A DNA stretch of 64,000 nucleotides from Spirochaetia bacterium. Its GTDB lineage: Bacteria > Spirochaetota > Spirochaetia > UBA9216. The notes below the pieces were generated by a model. The model had not been told where the DNA came from. It worked only from the letters and a program-made list of their open reading frames with translations, and made no database searches. The stretch spans positions 493,881 to 557,880 of the forward strand of contig OZ223272.1 in the NCBI GenBank assembly GCA_965140585.1, written 5' to 3'. Below are positions 1 through 11,429 of the stretch, piece by piece (position 1 is the first letter of the stretch; each line of letters opens with the position of its first letter). Made by a program: the position numbers and the translations under genes.

Positions 1-945
1 CCAGAACGGAAGGCTCCGGCCTACCAGGTTTTCCCAGAAACGTGACTGTGATTCATGAATACCAAGTGATACACCGGTACCGAGGATTCCGCCTTTCAGA
101 TTATCGCCTACGCCTAGTTCATAGAGGGCATGTCCGCATTCGTGGATATTGCTGAACACACCGCTCATTACGAGTTTTTCATCGTAGCGGGTGGTTATTC
201 TCACATCATCTGCACCAAGAGTTGTTGTGAAGGGGTGTGCCGAAATATCAAGCCTGCCCCGTTTTTCAGGGTATCCCATCCGATCTATAAGCATACGGCC
301 GAACTGATCCTGCAGATCTGTCGGATAGCTTTTCTCCAGAAAGGACGAGTCGGGAGCCCCGGCCTTTTTAATATCCGCAACCAGGACGGAAAGTTCCGCA
401 GCAAGGGGTGTAAACACCTTTTCAACCTCGGCGGCTGTCATCCAGGGTTCATATTCATCAAGCAGGGCATCATAGGGATGTTCTTTATAGCCAAGTTTCT
501 CAGCCTTCTGATGGTTGAGCTCATATATCTTTGTAAGAGAATCCTCAAATATGCTGAAATCAGCCTTCTTTCTTGCCTCAACCCAGACCTGATGTGAAAT
601 ACCCGTCTGTTTTGCAAGTTCGGTTACAAGACTTTCAGGCAACTTCGAAGCGTGACTATACAGCCGGAACATTTCACGGACAAAGGCCTTGTCCGCAGTA
701 TCAAAATCACCCTTGCCCTCGGGTTTGCCTTCTTCTGCGCCGAGAAACGACAGCAGACGTCCGATTTCAGGTGAAGTTATTTTTCTGTGTGTTAATCCTT
801 CAAAAAGTGCAAGCTGGTCGGCGCGTTCTTCGGCACCGTCTTCAGGCATCTGGGTTTCCATATCCCATTCAAGTACGGCCTGGGCGTGCTGCATTAAATA
901 AATCTCTCGCCCTAGCTGTTTAAGGTTTGACAGGCTCTCTTTCAT
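1..945 (-). CDS. Carboxypeptidase M32 (Taq-type), 3' end runs off the window
   Basis: Not in the ORF track; translated by hand from the ATG at 945: MKESLSNLKQLGREIYLMQHAQAVLEWDMETQMPEDGAEERADQLAL..., with the HECGHALYE (HEXXH) and GIHESQSRFWENLVGRS motifs diagnostic of family M32. Confidence 0.92.
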   Translation of the reverse strand, partial: MKESLSNLKQLGREIYLMQHAQAVLEWDMETQMPEDGAEERADQLALFEGLTHRKITSPEIGRLLSFLGAEEGKPEGKGDFDTADKAFVREMFRLYSHASKLPESLVTELAKQTGISHQVWVEARKKADFSIFEDSLTKIYELNHQKAEKLGYKEHPYDALLDEYEPWMTAAEVEKVFTPLAAELSVLVADIKKAGAPDSSFLEKSYPTDLQDQFGRMLIDRMGYPEKRGRLDISAHPFTTTLGADDVRITTRYDEKLVMSGVFSNIHECGHALYELGVGDNLKGGILGTGVSLGIHESQSRFWENLVGRSLPFW

Positions 946-1065
946 CTCAATCTCCGATACACATGCCCTCTTTTCCGGTATTCTCAAATAGGTATTGCCG
1001 GAGGGCTGAAGCGTATGTATATTTTACTGATAAATTCGTAAAAATACAAATTTTTAGAGGTATTA

Positions 1066-1791
1066 ATGAACAAAAGCTCTGTAACAAACCTTATAGCTGC
1101 AGCAGTAATTGCTGCAGGATACATCATAGCCGCCCGACTGGATCCGGTGTGGGGGGAAAGGATTAGAAGTATAGGCTTCTTTGCACTTTCGGGAGCCCTT
1201 ACAAACTGGCTTGCGATTTTCATGCTGTTTGAAAAGGTTCCCGGACTCTATGGTTCCGGTGTAATTCCGGCTCATTTTATTGAGATAAAGGTATGGATCA
1301 AGGAACTTGTAATGGATCAGTTTTTTACGACTGAAAATCTGCACAAGTATTTCAGCGAAGGCCAGGACATGATCCTCGAATCGATAGACTTTGAGTCAGC
1401 AGTCGACAAAGTCGACTATGACAAGATTTACGACACAGTAAAGAAAGAGATTCTTTCAAGCGGATTTGGAAGCATGCTATCGATGTTCGGGGGCGACGGC
1501 CTGTTTGAAAAGTACAGAGGCAAGTTTAAGGAAAAAATCAGGGAATATCTGCTTGAAGAGGTTGCACACCCCAAGTTTATCAAGGGTATTCTCGAATCCG
1601 GGAATTTCGACCTCTCCGCAGTAATAAAAGACAAGGTTGACGGTATCGTTCAGGGAAGACTTGATGAACTTACACCAAAGATGGTAAAGGAACTGGTAAA
1701 AGAGATGATGAGAAGGCATCTTGGATGGCTTGTTGTCTGGGGAGGCGTCTTCGGCGGCCTTATTGGCTTTGTAATGAGCTATTTAAAATAA
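1066..1791 (+). CDS. DUF445 family membrane protein
   Basis: GALTNWLAIFMLF...GSGVIP at the N-terminus and HLGWLVVWGGVFGGLIG at the C-terminus; GAGG RBS. Confidence 0.8.
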   Translation: MNKSSVTNLIAAAVIAAGYIIAARLDPVWGERIRSIGFFALSGALTNWLAIFMLFEKVPGLYGSGVIPAHFIEIKVWIKELVMDQFFTTENLHKYFSEGQDMILESIDFESAVDKVDYDKIYDTVKKEILSSGFGSMLSMFGGDGLFEKYRGKFKEKIREYLLEEVAHPKFIKGILESGNFDLSAVIKDKVDGIVQGRLDELTPKMVKELVKEMMRRHLGWLVVWGGVFGGLIGFVMSYLK

Positions 1792-1836
1792 ACTGAATTG
1801 TTCATTTTAAATTGCAAAATGCGTTTTATTATTAAA

Positions 1837-2481
1837 TTAACGATTCCGCAGCTTTGCAAGAAGACCCTGCTTTGGAGCCTTTTCCGTTTTAGCTGAAGCA
1901 CCCGCTGTCGGTGAACCGGAAAGCTGGGAATCATGCTCAATTGCGGTCTCCGCAGCACGGGCCTCACGGGTTTCCTGACTGCGGGCATCGGTTATCCAGC
2001 CGCTTCCGGCGGCCGGAGTAATCCTTTTTGTAAAAACCTTTGAACCGTCAAGGCTTCGGCCGTTTTCCTCTTCACATTCCCGAAGGACTATCTGCCAGGC
2101 CGGAGCAAAGCCTGGAGCCTGAAGCGACATCTTCTCTACAGCATCCTGGTATATCCGAAGCTGAAGGTTTTCCTTCCTGCCGGCCTTCTGTGAAAGATTG
2201 GAAATGGATGACTGAAGGTTTGCATTCTTTATCCGCAGTGATTCAATTTCCTTCCGCATCCGGTCTATCGACTCGGAATCAAGGTCAATTCTGCTTGTTA
2301 GGGTATGTTTAAGCCCCCGAATAACCTTTTTACTGCGGGATTTGAGCACCAGTATCCTGATTCCGAATATCAGCCAGGCAAGAATAAACCCGGCAGCAAA
2401 GGAATATACAATGGTATGATCAATGGGGCCAACTTCAAAAACAGGTACTGACAATTTTATCTCCTTGGTAATATCCTTCAC
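1837..2481 (-). CDS. Hypothetical membrane-anchored coiled-coil protein
   Basis: 214-aa ORF with one TM segment then coiled coil; TTGATG-17-TATATT promoter-like sequence upstream. Confidence 0.65.
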   Translation of the reverse strand: MKDITKEIKLSVPVFEVGPIDHTIVYSFAAGFILAWLIFGIRILVLKSRSKKVIRGLKHTLTSRIDLDSESIDRMRKEIESLRIKNANLQSSISNLSQKAGRKENLQLRIYQDAVEKMSLQAPGFAPAWQIVLRECEEENGRSLDGSKVFTKRITPAAGSGWITDARSQETREARAAETAIEHDSQLSGSPTAGASAKTEKAPKQGLLAKLRNR

Positions 2482-2525
2482 GGATATTAATCAAATATAC
2501 TTCAGAATACACCGTTCATCAAATC

Positions 2526-2555
2526 AAAAAAAACCGGGTCCATTTCGAACCCGGT
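2526..2555 (-). terminator. Rho-independent terminator after thrS
   Basis: Minus strand ACCGGGTTCG-AAAT-GGACCCGGT followed by a T run. Confidence 0.8.
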
Positions 2556-2585
2556 GATTATTATGCGTTATCTAAAGCTGCTCAA

Positions 2586-4328
2586 TCAGCCTTTATTTTC
2601 AATTGCCTCGTTCAGTTGTTTCATAAAATCAGCAAATGGAACACCGTTAGTCTGTTTTCCGGAACGGAATCTTACAGAGACCGCACCTTCTTCAGCCTCT
2701 TTCTCACCCAGAACCAGCATATAGGGAATCTTCTGATTCTGTGCATTTCTAATCTTTGCGTTCATGCGATCATCTGAAAGATCAGTTTCAACCCTTATTC
2801 CTGCGGCTCTCAGTTCGGCTGCCACCTTCTTTGCATATTCATCAAAAGCTGCAGCAACAGGAATAACTTCAACCTGGACGGGAGCAAGCCACACAGGGAA
2901 GGCTCCGCCGAAGTGCTCGATAAGCACGCCGAAGAACCTTTCGATAGATCCCAGAAGTGCACGGTGAATCATGTAGGGCTGTTTTTCCTTACCATCCTGA
3001 TCAACGAAGGTCATTTTAAACCTTTCAGGAAGGTTGAAGTCAAATTGTATTGTTGACAGCTGCCAGGCGCGGCCCATGGCATCCTTTATCTTGATATCGA
3101 TTTTCGGACCGTAGAATGCTCCACCTCCCTCGTCAACCTCATACTCAAGACCTTCTTTTACAATAGCCTTCCTGAGTGATTCGGTTGCTGCTTCCCATTT
3201 GGACTCATCACCAACACTCTTTCCACCGCCCGGCTTGGTTGACAGGTAGGCCTTAAACTCGGTAAATCCGAAAGATTTAAGCATATATAGCGAGAACCGC
3301 AGCGTTTCTGCTATCTCATCTTCCATCTGATCCGGTGTACAGAAAATATGCGCATCATCTTGGGTAAATCCCCGGACACGCATCAGTCCGTGAAGAACTC
3401 CTGATTTCTCATAACGGTAAACGGTTCCAAGCTCCGCCCATCTGCAGGGAAGATCACGGTAGCTGTGCTTCTTGTTGTTGTAGATCATTATATGGAAGGG
3501 GCAGTTCATCGGCTTGGCGTAGTAGTCGCTTGCGTCCATTTCCATGGAGTTAAACATCCCCTCTTTGTAGAAATCAAGGTGTCCGGAAGTTTCCCAGAGC
3601 CAGGATTTACCTACATGCGGGGTATAAACCATCTCATAACCGTTTTTATAGTGCTCTTTTCTCCAGAAATCTTCAATTGCGAGTCTGATTCTTGCACCCT
3701 TGGGATGCCAGTAAACCATTCCGGGACCGGCTTCCTCATGAAGACTGAACAGCTCCAGTTCTTTCCCAAGCTTTCTGTGGTCGCGTTTTTCCATCTCTTC
3801 AAGATGCTGCAGATGCATCCTAAGTTCCTTCGGGTTACTCCAGGCTGTACCGTATATACGCTGAAGCATCGGTCTGCTTTCATCACCCCGCCAGTATGCC
3901 CCGGCTATGGAAAGAAGCTTGAATGACTGAGGATTAAGTTTTCCGGTATTTTCAACATGGGGACCGCGGCAGAGATCTGTGAACCCACCCTGGTTGTAGG
4001 TTGTAATAACCGCATCTTCAGGAAGGTCATTGATCAGCTCAACCTTGTAGGGCTGATCCTTGAAAAGCTCAAGGGCCTCCGCCTTTGAGACTTCAGTTCT
4101 TACAAACTCTTTCTTTTCCTTCATTATTTCCTGCATAACCTTTGTAATTTCTTCAAGGTCATCAGGACCGATTGAGCGCGGCAGATCGAAGTCATAATAG
4201 AATCCGTTTTCTATAGACGGTCCGATTGCTATTCGGGCTTCGGGAAACAGTTTTAAAACAGCCTCCGCCATTACATGCGCTGTAGAGTGCCTTATTAATT
4301 CAAGTTTTTCGTTTTTTTCTTCTGCCAT
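2586..4328 (-). CDS. thrS: Threonine--tRNA ligase (short form, no TGS domain)
   Basis: RHSTAHVMAEAV, DLCRGPH, RDHRKLG, KPMNCP, GAFYGPKID and HRALLGSIERF motifs; start at MAEEKNEK after a GGGGAG RBS (the ORF-track start at 4385 lies inside the T-box terminator). Confidence 0.98.
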   Translation of the reverse strand: MAEEKNEKLELIRHSTAHVMAEAVLKLFPEARIAIGPSIENGFYYDFDLPRSIGPDDLEEITKVMQEIMKEKKEFVRTEVSKAEALELFKDQPYKVELINDLPEDAVITTYNQGGFTDLCRGPHVENTGKLNPQSFKLLSIAGAYWRGDESRPMLQRIYGTAWSNPKELRMHLQHLEEMEKRDHRKLGKELELFSLHEEAGPGMVYWHPKGARIRLAIEDFWRKEHYKNGYEMVYTPHVGKSWLWETSGHLDFYKEGMFNSMEMDASDYYAKPMNCPFHIMIYNNKKHSYRDLPCRWAELGTVYRYEKSGVLHGLMRVRGFTQDDAHIFCTPDQMEDEIAETLRFSLYMLKSFGFTEFKAYLSTKPGGGKSVGDESKWEAATESLRKAIVKEGLEYEVDEGGGAFYGPKIDIKIKDAMGRAWQLSTIQFDFNLPERFKMTFVDQDGKEKQPYMIHRALLGSIERFFGVLIEHFGGAFPVWLAPVQVEVIPVAAAFDEYAKKVAAELRAAGIRVETDLSDDRMNAKIRNAQNQKIPYMLVLGEKEAEEGAVSVRFRSGKQTNGVPFADFMKQLNEAIENKG

Positions 4329-4361
4329 ATTTATCTCCCCGGCAGGCAAGGTTATAAAATT

Positions 4362-4712
4362 CAAAAAAGCCCTTACGCCTGCCATCCTTACGTATTATGC
4401 AAGGACGAAAAGCATAAGGGCTCTTTCAAGCCGTTTCGCTATCCGCGGTTCCACCTTACTTCGTCAGATAAAAACAGGTTTAAGAAAACTTGTTTTTATC
4501 CACGCACCTTATGGAAGATTTTTACGTGTCGTCCACGGCCCGGAATAATTGCAGAAATAGACGGGCAGAGTCCTTAAGGACTTTGGCCGGATTTTTCCAC
4601 GTTCCTGCGGGCAGCTCGGGAGTGGTTTTGGGCGGGCAGTCATCAGCACCTTCCAGCCTGTGGGTGCTTTCTCTATCGATAACTGTAACCGCTTACTCGT
4701 CTCCGTCTATGC
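4362..4712 (-). ncRNA. T-box riboswitch (Thr-specific) in the thrS leader
   Basis: Minus strand: stem I start GACGGAGACGAGTAAG, AGAGA box, GGCTGGAAG loop, specifier ACC (4626-4624), antiterminator AAGG-TGGAACC-GCG pairing with CGTCCTT, terminator GCCCTTATGC...GCGTAAGGGC-TTTTTT. Confidence 0.9.
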
Positions 4713-4756
4713 TGTTATTTATAATATGCTAATTTGAATCCAAAGTGTCAAGACAA

Positions 4757-5866
4757 TCAATAATTCAGAAGCTGAATCTCGCCGTCAATTATTGTGTAGG
4801 CAGTCATTCCGCTGGTACAGTCACCGTACTTATCGAAAGAGTAGTCAAGATTCACACCGCTGTATCGACCTTTACTGATTATTTCATTCTTAATCCTGCC
4901 GGGATCCATCTTTTTTTCAGTAACTGCTGTTTGGTAAAGAAGCTTTACCAGATCATAGTTTTTAACAGATTGAAAGGTCGGTTCTGTACCGAATCTTTCA
5001 TGGTATACATTCACAAAATCGGCATATGCATCAGATTCCGAATCGCCGCCGTTCGAAACAATCGCAACGACCCCTTCCACTGCCTGACCGCCGTTTTCAA
5101 TAAATTCATTGGATAAACCCCAGGGGGCAATCAGCTTAAGCCTGGGCCTGGCACTCATGTGCTGAAAAATAAGGGCTGAATCAAATGGATTGGCGATAAC
5201 AAGAACGGTATCCGGTGCAATGTCGGAGGCCTGTGCAGCAATATCTTTGAAATTCGGATTGTTCAGTGTATTGTAGATAATCCGGGAAATCATTTTCGGG
5301 AGTCCCGAACCATTCAGCTGTTTGACGAAGCTCTCGGAAAGGCTTTGTGAATACATCTGATTACTGCCGTCAGCAATTATTAATGCGTTTGTGACTCCAT
5401 TCTCTGAAGCATACTTTCCAAGAACAGTACCAAAGGTAGAAGACGAAACCTCTGTTCTTATAAGATTATCATCCTTGCCTGTAAAGACTTCTGAGGACAC
5501 CGTTGATGAAAGAGCCAGAACATCGCTTCCGTCAATCAGATCGGCGGCCTCTCCATAGTTTGAACTTACAACCGCCATAACCAGAAACTTGACATCCTCT
5601 TCAAGAAGTTCCTTAACCCTGCCTTTTATAATATCCCGATCACTTTCGTCATCTTTAATAGTTAATGCAATTTTCAGTTCATTTTCATTGTTTATCTCTT
5701 CTACTGCAAGCAGAGCCCCGTTTCTGGCAGAGGTAAGCAGGGATGAGTATTTTCCGGTCAAACTTACAACCATTCCTATGCTTAAAGACCGTTCACCGGA
5801 ACCGCATGATAGAAGGAGAATCAGAATAACAAAAACAGTTAACTTTTTCGTAAATACATTCCTCAA
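4757..5866 (-). CDS. Type 1 periplasmic-binding lipoprotein (LivJ-like ABC substrate-binding family)
   Basis: Lipobox LLLSC; IGMVVSLTG...SARNGALLAVEEIN N-terminus; SFDKYGD C-terminus. Confidence 0.85.
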   Translation of the reverse strand: MRNVFTKKLTVFVILILLLSCGSGERSLSIGMVVSLTGKYSSLLTSARNGALLAVEEINNENELKIALTIKDDESDRDIIKGRVKELLEEDVKFLVMAVVSSNYGEAADLIDGSDVLALSSTVSSEVFTGKDDNLIRTEVSSSTFGTVLGKYASENGVTNALIIADGSNQMYSQSLSESFVKQLNGSGLPKMISRIIYNTLNNPNFKDIAAQASDIAPDTVLVIANPFDSALIFQHMSARPRLKLIAPWGLSNEFIENGGQAVEGVVAIVSNGGDSESDAYADFVNVYHERFGTEPTFQSVKNYDLVKLLYQTAVTEKKMDPGRIKNEIISKGRYSGVNLDYSFDKYGDCTSGMTAYTIIDGEIQLLNY

Positions 5867-5904
5867 AGTAGACTTACTTTAATAATAGTATGATAATTTA
5901 GATT

Positions 5905-7596
5905 ATGCAAAGAGTCATAAAAAGTTTCAGGCTTCAGCTTCTTACAGGAATGATACTATTCTCATTTTTTGCAGTTCTAATCTCACTTATACTGGTAATT
6001 TCAACAGACAGGATTTATAAAAAGCGGATGATGTCTGAAATAGACAGTCTGACTGAAATAGTGAGTCAAAGTATTGATCATAACTTTTATATACCGGTCA
6101 GTTATCTTAAAGGTATCAGAACTTATTTCAATGAACATTATGAGCTCGGCCAGAGTTCTGATGACCCCTGCTTTATTTCGGATATGATAGAATATACGCA
6201 AACTTTTGAGGCAATTGCGCTAGTAGATGAGAAGGGAGAAGTATCTGATATGTGGCCCTTCGAAGAGAATTTTCTCGGGATTGATATTACCAACCAGCCC
6301 TTCTACAAAAAGGACCTTGCGCCCGATGAAGTTTACTGGTCGGGCAGCTTTCTATCATTTATTTCCGGAGCACCCACAATTGCCATGTCCACAAGATGTG
6401 ATGCCGGCATTCTGATAGCCTTCTATAATATGAAACAGCTGGAACAGTATATTTCCATAGAAGTTGAGTATGAATCGGATTTTATTGCTATTCTTGACAG
6501 CAGGGGGAATATTGTTACCCAGTCCAGGAATTCAGACAAACTTATCGGAAACCTTAACAACCTTCCTGCGATCCAGAACTCAATAAGTGGAGATTACGGA
6601 ACCTCAATTAACTATCTCTTCAATAAAAAAGGACTGGTCAGTGTAAAAAAAACAGATATCAGCGGATATATGATCCTTGTCTTCAAGGATTATGATCTGA
6701 TGTACCGTAAAATATATATTGTTACAACCTCACTGCTCCTCTCAATTATTTTCATTGCAGCGGTCTTTACCACTATAGCTTTTCTTATTATAAGGAGATT
6801 TTTTCTGCCTCTTTCAGAATTTCAGTTATCGATGAGCAGTGCCGCCTCTGGCAGATACGATCAGATGAAACCCGCTGCCTACAGTGAATTTCAGTCCCTT
6901 GCCAACAGTTTCTCAAAAATGATAAATAAAATTCAAAGCAGGGAAACTTCGCTAAATGAGGCAATTTCAGAAAGAGAAACACTGCTTTCAGAGCTGAATC
7001 ACCGGACAAAAAACAACATGCAGATGATAATAGCCCTAATGCAGCTCTATGAAAATCAGTACCAGGATGCGGATCCTCAGCAGATTCTGAAAAAAATCAA
7101 ATCCAAAATTGAATCCATAGCCCTTATACACGAAAATTTTTATAATTCAGCAGAGCTCTCACATATAAATTTTAAAAACTATATAACCGAGCTTGTCCCA
7201 ATTCTGATTTACAGCTTTACGCCCCCTTCAAAGCAGATAGAGTATCATATTGTTTCGGGAGAGCTGCATCTGCTCATCGATTATTCCATTCCGCTTGGAC
7301 TGGTAATTAATGAGCTGATTATGAACAGTCTTAAATATGCTTTTAATGAAACAGACAATGGATTGATAGAAATAGATGTAAAAATCTGCGAAGAGAATAC
7401 ACTGGAAGTCCGGTACCGGGATAACGGACCGGGGCTGTCTGCCGGATTTGATATAGAAACAACAGAATCACTAGGCCTGTCAATAATTAACAATCTTGTA
7501 ACATCACAACTTAACGGAACTCTTACATTTCCGGATGATGCACATTTTTCATGTATAATCCGAATTAATCTGGAAACCTATAACCAGCGAATCTGA
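5905..7596 (+). CDS. Sensor histidine kinase (Cache-HAMP-HisKA_2-HATPase)
   Basis: Two TM segments around a Cache-like region; ELNHRTKNNMQ H-box, NELIMNSLKYAF N-box, DNGPG and SLGL G-boxes. Confidence 0.9.
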   Translation: MQRVIKSFRLQLLTGMILFSFFAVLISLILVISTDRIYKKRMMSEIDSLTEIVSQSIDHNFYIPVSYLKGIRTYFNEHYELGQSSDDPCFISDMIEYTQTFEAIALVDEKGEVSDMWPFEENFLGIDITNQPFYKKDLAPDEVYWSGSFLSFISGAPTIAMSTRCDAGILIAFYNMKQLEQYISIEVEYESDFIAILDSRGNIVTQSRNSDKLIGNLNNLPAIQNSISGDYGTSINYLFNKKGLVSVKKTDISGYMILVFKDYDLMYRKIYIVTTSLLLSIIFIAAVFTTIAFLIIRRFFLPLSEFQLSMSSAASGRYDQMKPAAYSEFQSLANSFSKMINKIQSRETSLNEAISERETLLSELNHRTKNNMQMIIALMQLYENQYQDADPQQILKKIKSKIESIALIHENFYNSAELSHINFKNYITELVPILIYSFTPPSKQIEYHIVSGELHLLIDYSIPLGLVINELIMNSLKYAFNETDNGLIEIDVKICEENTLEVRYRDNGPGLSAGFDIETTESLGLSIINNLVTSQLNGTLTFPDDAHFSCIIRINLETYNQRI

Positions 7597-7598
7597 GT

Positions 7599-7895
7599 TT
7601 AACTGATAACCGAAATCTTCTTTATACCGTCAGGAACAGTATATACACCAAGAAGTTTCTTCATATCATCAATTTCAGAGAGCGTGGCTCCGCTTTTTTC
7701 ATTGTAGGCATTCAGGACATATTTAAGATCATCCCCGTTATCATCAAAAAGCGCTGAACAGAAAGCAGCACGGTACAGACCCTTATCTGCCAGCGCTTTT
7801 GTACCAAGCTTTCCATATTCCTTTTTGGCCTTTCCGTCGATGATTGCCGACTCACCCTGGAATCCGATTGAAAACACAAATTCTTCTCTGGTCAT
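7599..7895 (-). CDS. Small conserved hypothetical protein
   Basis: 98-aa ORF with a GGGGTG RBS. Confidence 0.65.
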   Translation of the reverse strand: MTREEFVFSIGFQGESAIIDGKAKKEYGKLGTKALADKGLYRAAFCSALFDDNGDDLKYVLNAYNEKSGATLSEIDDMKKLLGVYTVPDGIKKISVIS

Positions 7896-7909
7896 ACTTT
7901 CACCCCTTC

Positions 7910-7943
7910 AAAAAAAAGCCCCGCCCAAAACCGGGCAGGGCTG
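7910..7943 (-). terminator. Rho-independent terminator downstream of groEL
   Basis: Minus strand AGCCCTGCCCGG-TTTT-GGGCGGGGCT followed by a T run. Confidence 0.75.
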
Positions 7944-8072
7944 TATAAATCATTCTATCAACCAATCAAAAAGCCTGATTGATCGTATTTTTAATTGGTC
8001 ATTATGGACGTTTTGTACGGAAATCCATTTCCGGACAAATACTCCAAAAACAAAAAAGCTAAGCTTTTTTGT

Positions 8073-9713
<1,641 letters not shown>

Positions 9714-9965
9714 TTATATTACCTCTCTTATTTTTGGTTTTACCAGCTGCGGATGACAAAGAAGCAGATATCTGCCTTCTGTCTGATAAAACTCCGCAAA
9801 TACCCCCCGACATAGTGGAGGTTTCTTTTCTGTATGAATTTTCTGTTATTAAGATACAAATATTAATACTGATCATCAACAGAAAAATTAAAAAATTTTT
9901 GCAGTAATTGTATTTAGTAAATATATGCTTGACTTTATATCCTTTTCGGTGCAAAAAATAAAGCG

Positions 9966-11429
9966 ATGGCTGTTAAAAATCCGGAAAATATACTTTTAAT
10001 CGTAAGATTCTTCTCAGAATTCAGCGAAAAGCTGCCGGAAATGACTGAAAAACTGTCGGAACTTCTGGCTGAAGATTCTTCAGGGCTGATTCCGGGCTCG
10101 GTGGCACTCAATATACCTGCTGATCCGGAAACGCTTGCAGTTTCAGAGAAAGCGGGATTCCATATACTGCCGTCAGGAAAGAAAGGCTTACCGCTTCTCA
10201 ACCTGCCTGCAGGGGATATTGATGCAGAAATTGATGTGCTAGGTCCTTACATCATGCCGGCAGCCGCAGACTGCTGCAATACCACCCTTTTAAATAAGCT
10301 TACAGAAAAAAAACTGAGCCTGCTCTGTATCAGAAAAATCGGAAACAAACCGGTTCTGACACTGACAGATGCTGAAAAGGAAATCAGTATTCCTGCCTTA
10401 ATTGTAAATGCAGCTGCTGAATCAGGAAAACTTACGGCCGTTCTTTCAGAACTGAAAAATACAGGAAACACTGCGGCTCTGGTTTTTGATTATTACCCGG
10501 GGGATGATGAAAAGTTTTCTGAATTCCTTAATATACTTAAACTTAAATTCCTAAGGAAAAACAGGATTAACTTTATTGCTCCTGAAGCTCTCAAGCAGAT
10601 TAGCACTGAAGCACTTTCAAAAATCTCAGCGCTCCCATGCTCAGGCCCGGCTTCAACCCCGCTTTTTCGGAGCAGGATGATTCCCGAGAACAGCTTTTCA
10701 TCTGTCGCATCCGCAGCCGGAGCAAGAACACTTGTTGCCAACATGAGCGGACAGACCCAGCTGGCCGGAGAGAAGATAAATCTTCACTTTTACAGAGGCA
10801 GACCGACTGGAGTTTCCTGTTCAAAGCTCAGTATTCTCAACTGGACCGGAGGCGGCGCCTCAATCAAAACCTCGGAAGGGGTTTTCAAGTACACAAATGA
10901 AAGTGCTTTTTCATTCGAAGACGAAGATGAGTACGGAATGCGTACTCTTCAGTATCCCGAAAAACTCAGCCAGGATAGCCGAATCATCACAGATTTTTAT
11001 TTTTCAGATAATTTTGACGATCCTCTTATTTCAATATTTTCTGATTACCCGGAACTTCCGGATGATTCTGTAGTTTATGAGGCATCCCTTTGCGAAATAC
11101 CTCTTTTCGATCTGAGACGCGGAGAAATCAAAATTGAATATTCATCTTCCGACGGAAGTTCAGGTTCGGCAGAACCGGGCAGAGGGATCGGTAAATGGCT
11201 CATTCCCGGAAACAGGTTTACACTTAAATCGGGAAAACGTATTGTTGAAATCAGTTATTATAGCGATACGAACGGAATCAACCCGGGACTGCCGGTGAAA
11301 ATTGCCGGCCACAGGGGCAGGCGGTACTTTTTCGTTAACCCGGGCGGTAACTACTATCCGGTGCCTGCCTGGTTCTACAGCGGACACCGCGATCACATAC
11401 AGTTCAGCTTCAAAGCCGTTGAAATCTGA
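9966..11429 (+). CDS. Hypothetical protein
   Basis: 487-aa ORF filling the space between groEL and birA; no recognised motif. Confidence 0.65.
   Translation: MAVKNPENILLIVRFFSEFSEKLPEMTEKLSELLAEDSSGLIPGSVALNIPADPETLAVSEKAGFHILPSGKKGLPLLNLPAGDIDAEIDVLGPYIMPAAADCCNTTLLNKLTEKKLSLLCIRKIGNKPVLTLTDAEKEISIPALIVNAAAESGKLTAVLSELKNTGNTAALVFDYYPGDDEKFSEFLNILKLKFLRKNRINFIAPEALKQISTEALSKISALPCSGPASTPLFRSRMIPENSFSSVASAAGARTLVANMSGQTQLAGEKINLHFYRGRPTGVSCSKLSILNWTGGGASIKTSEGVFKYTNESAFSFEDEDEYGMRTLQYPEKLSQDSRIITDFYFSDNFDDPLISIFSDYPELPDDSVVYEASLCEIPLFDLRRGEIKIEYSSSDGSSGSAEPGRGIGKWLIPGNRFTLKSGKRIVEISYYSDTNGINPGLPVKIAGHRGRRYFFVNPGGNYYPVPAWFYSGHRDHIQFSFKAVEI

Noticed and set aside
130-923. Plus-strand ORFs 130-597, 573-923 and 689-901
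   Set aside because: They are shadows of the minus-strand M32 carboxypeptidase.
4490-4732. 80-aa plus-strand ORF upstream of thrS
   Set aside because: It is antisense to the T-box leader and has no protein features.
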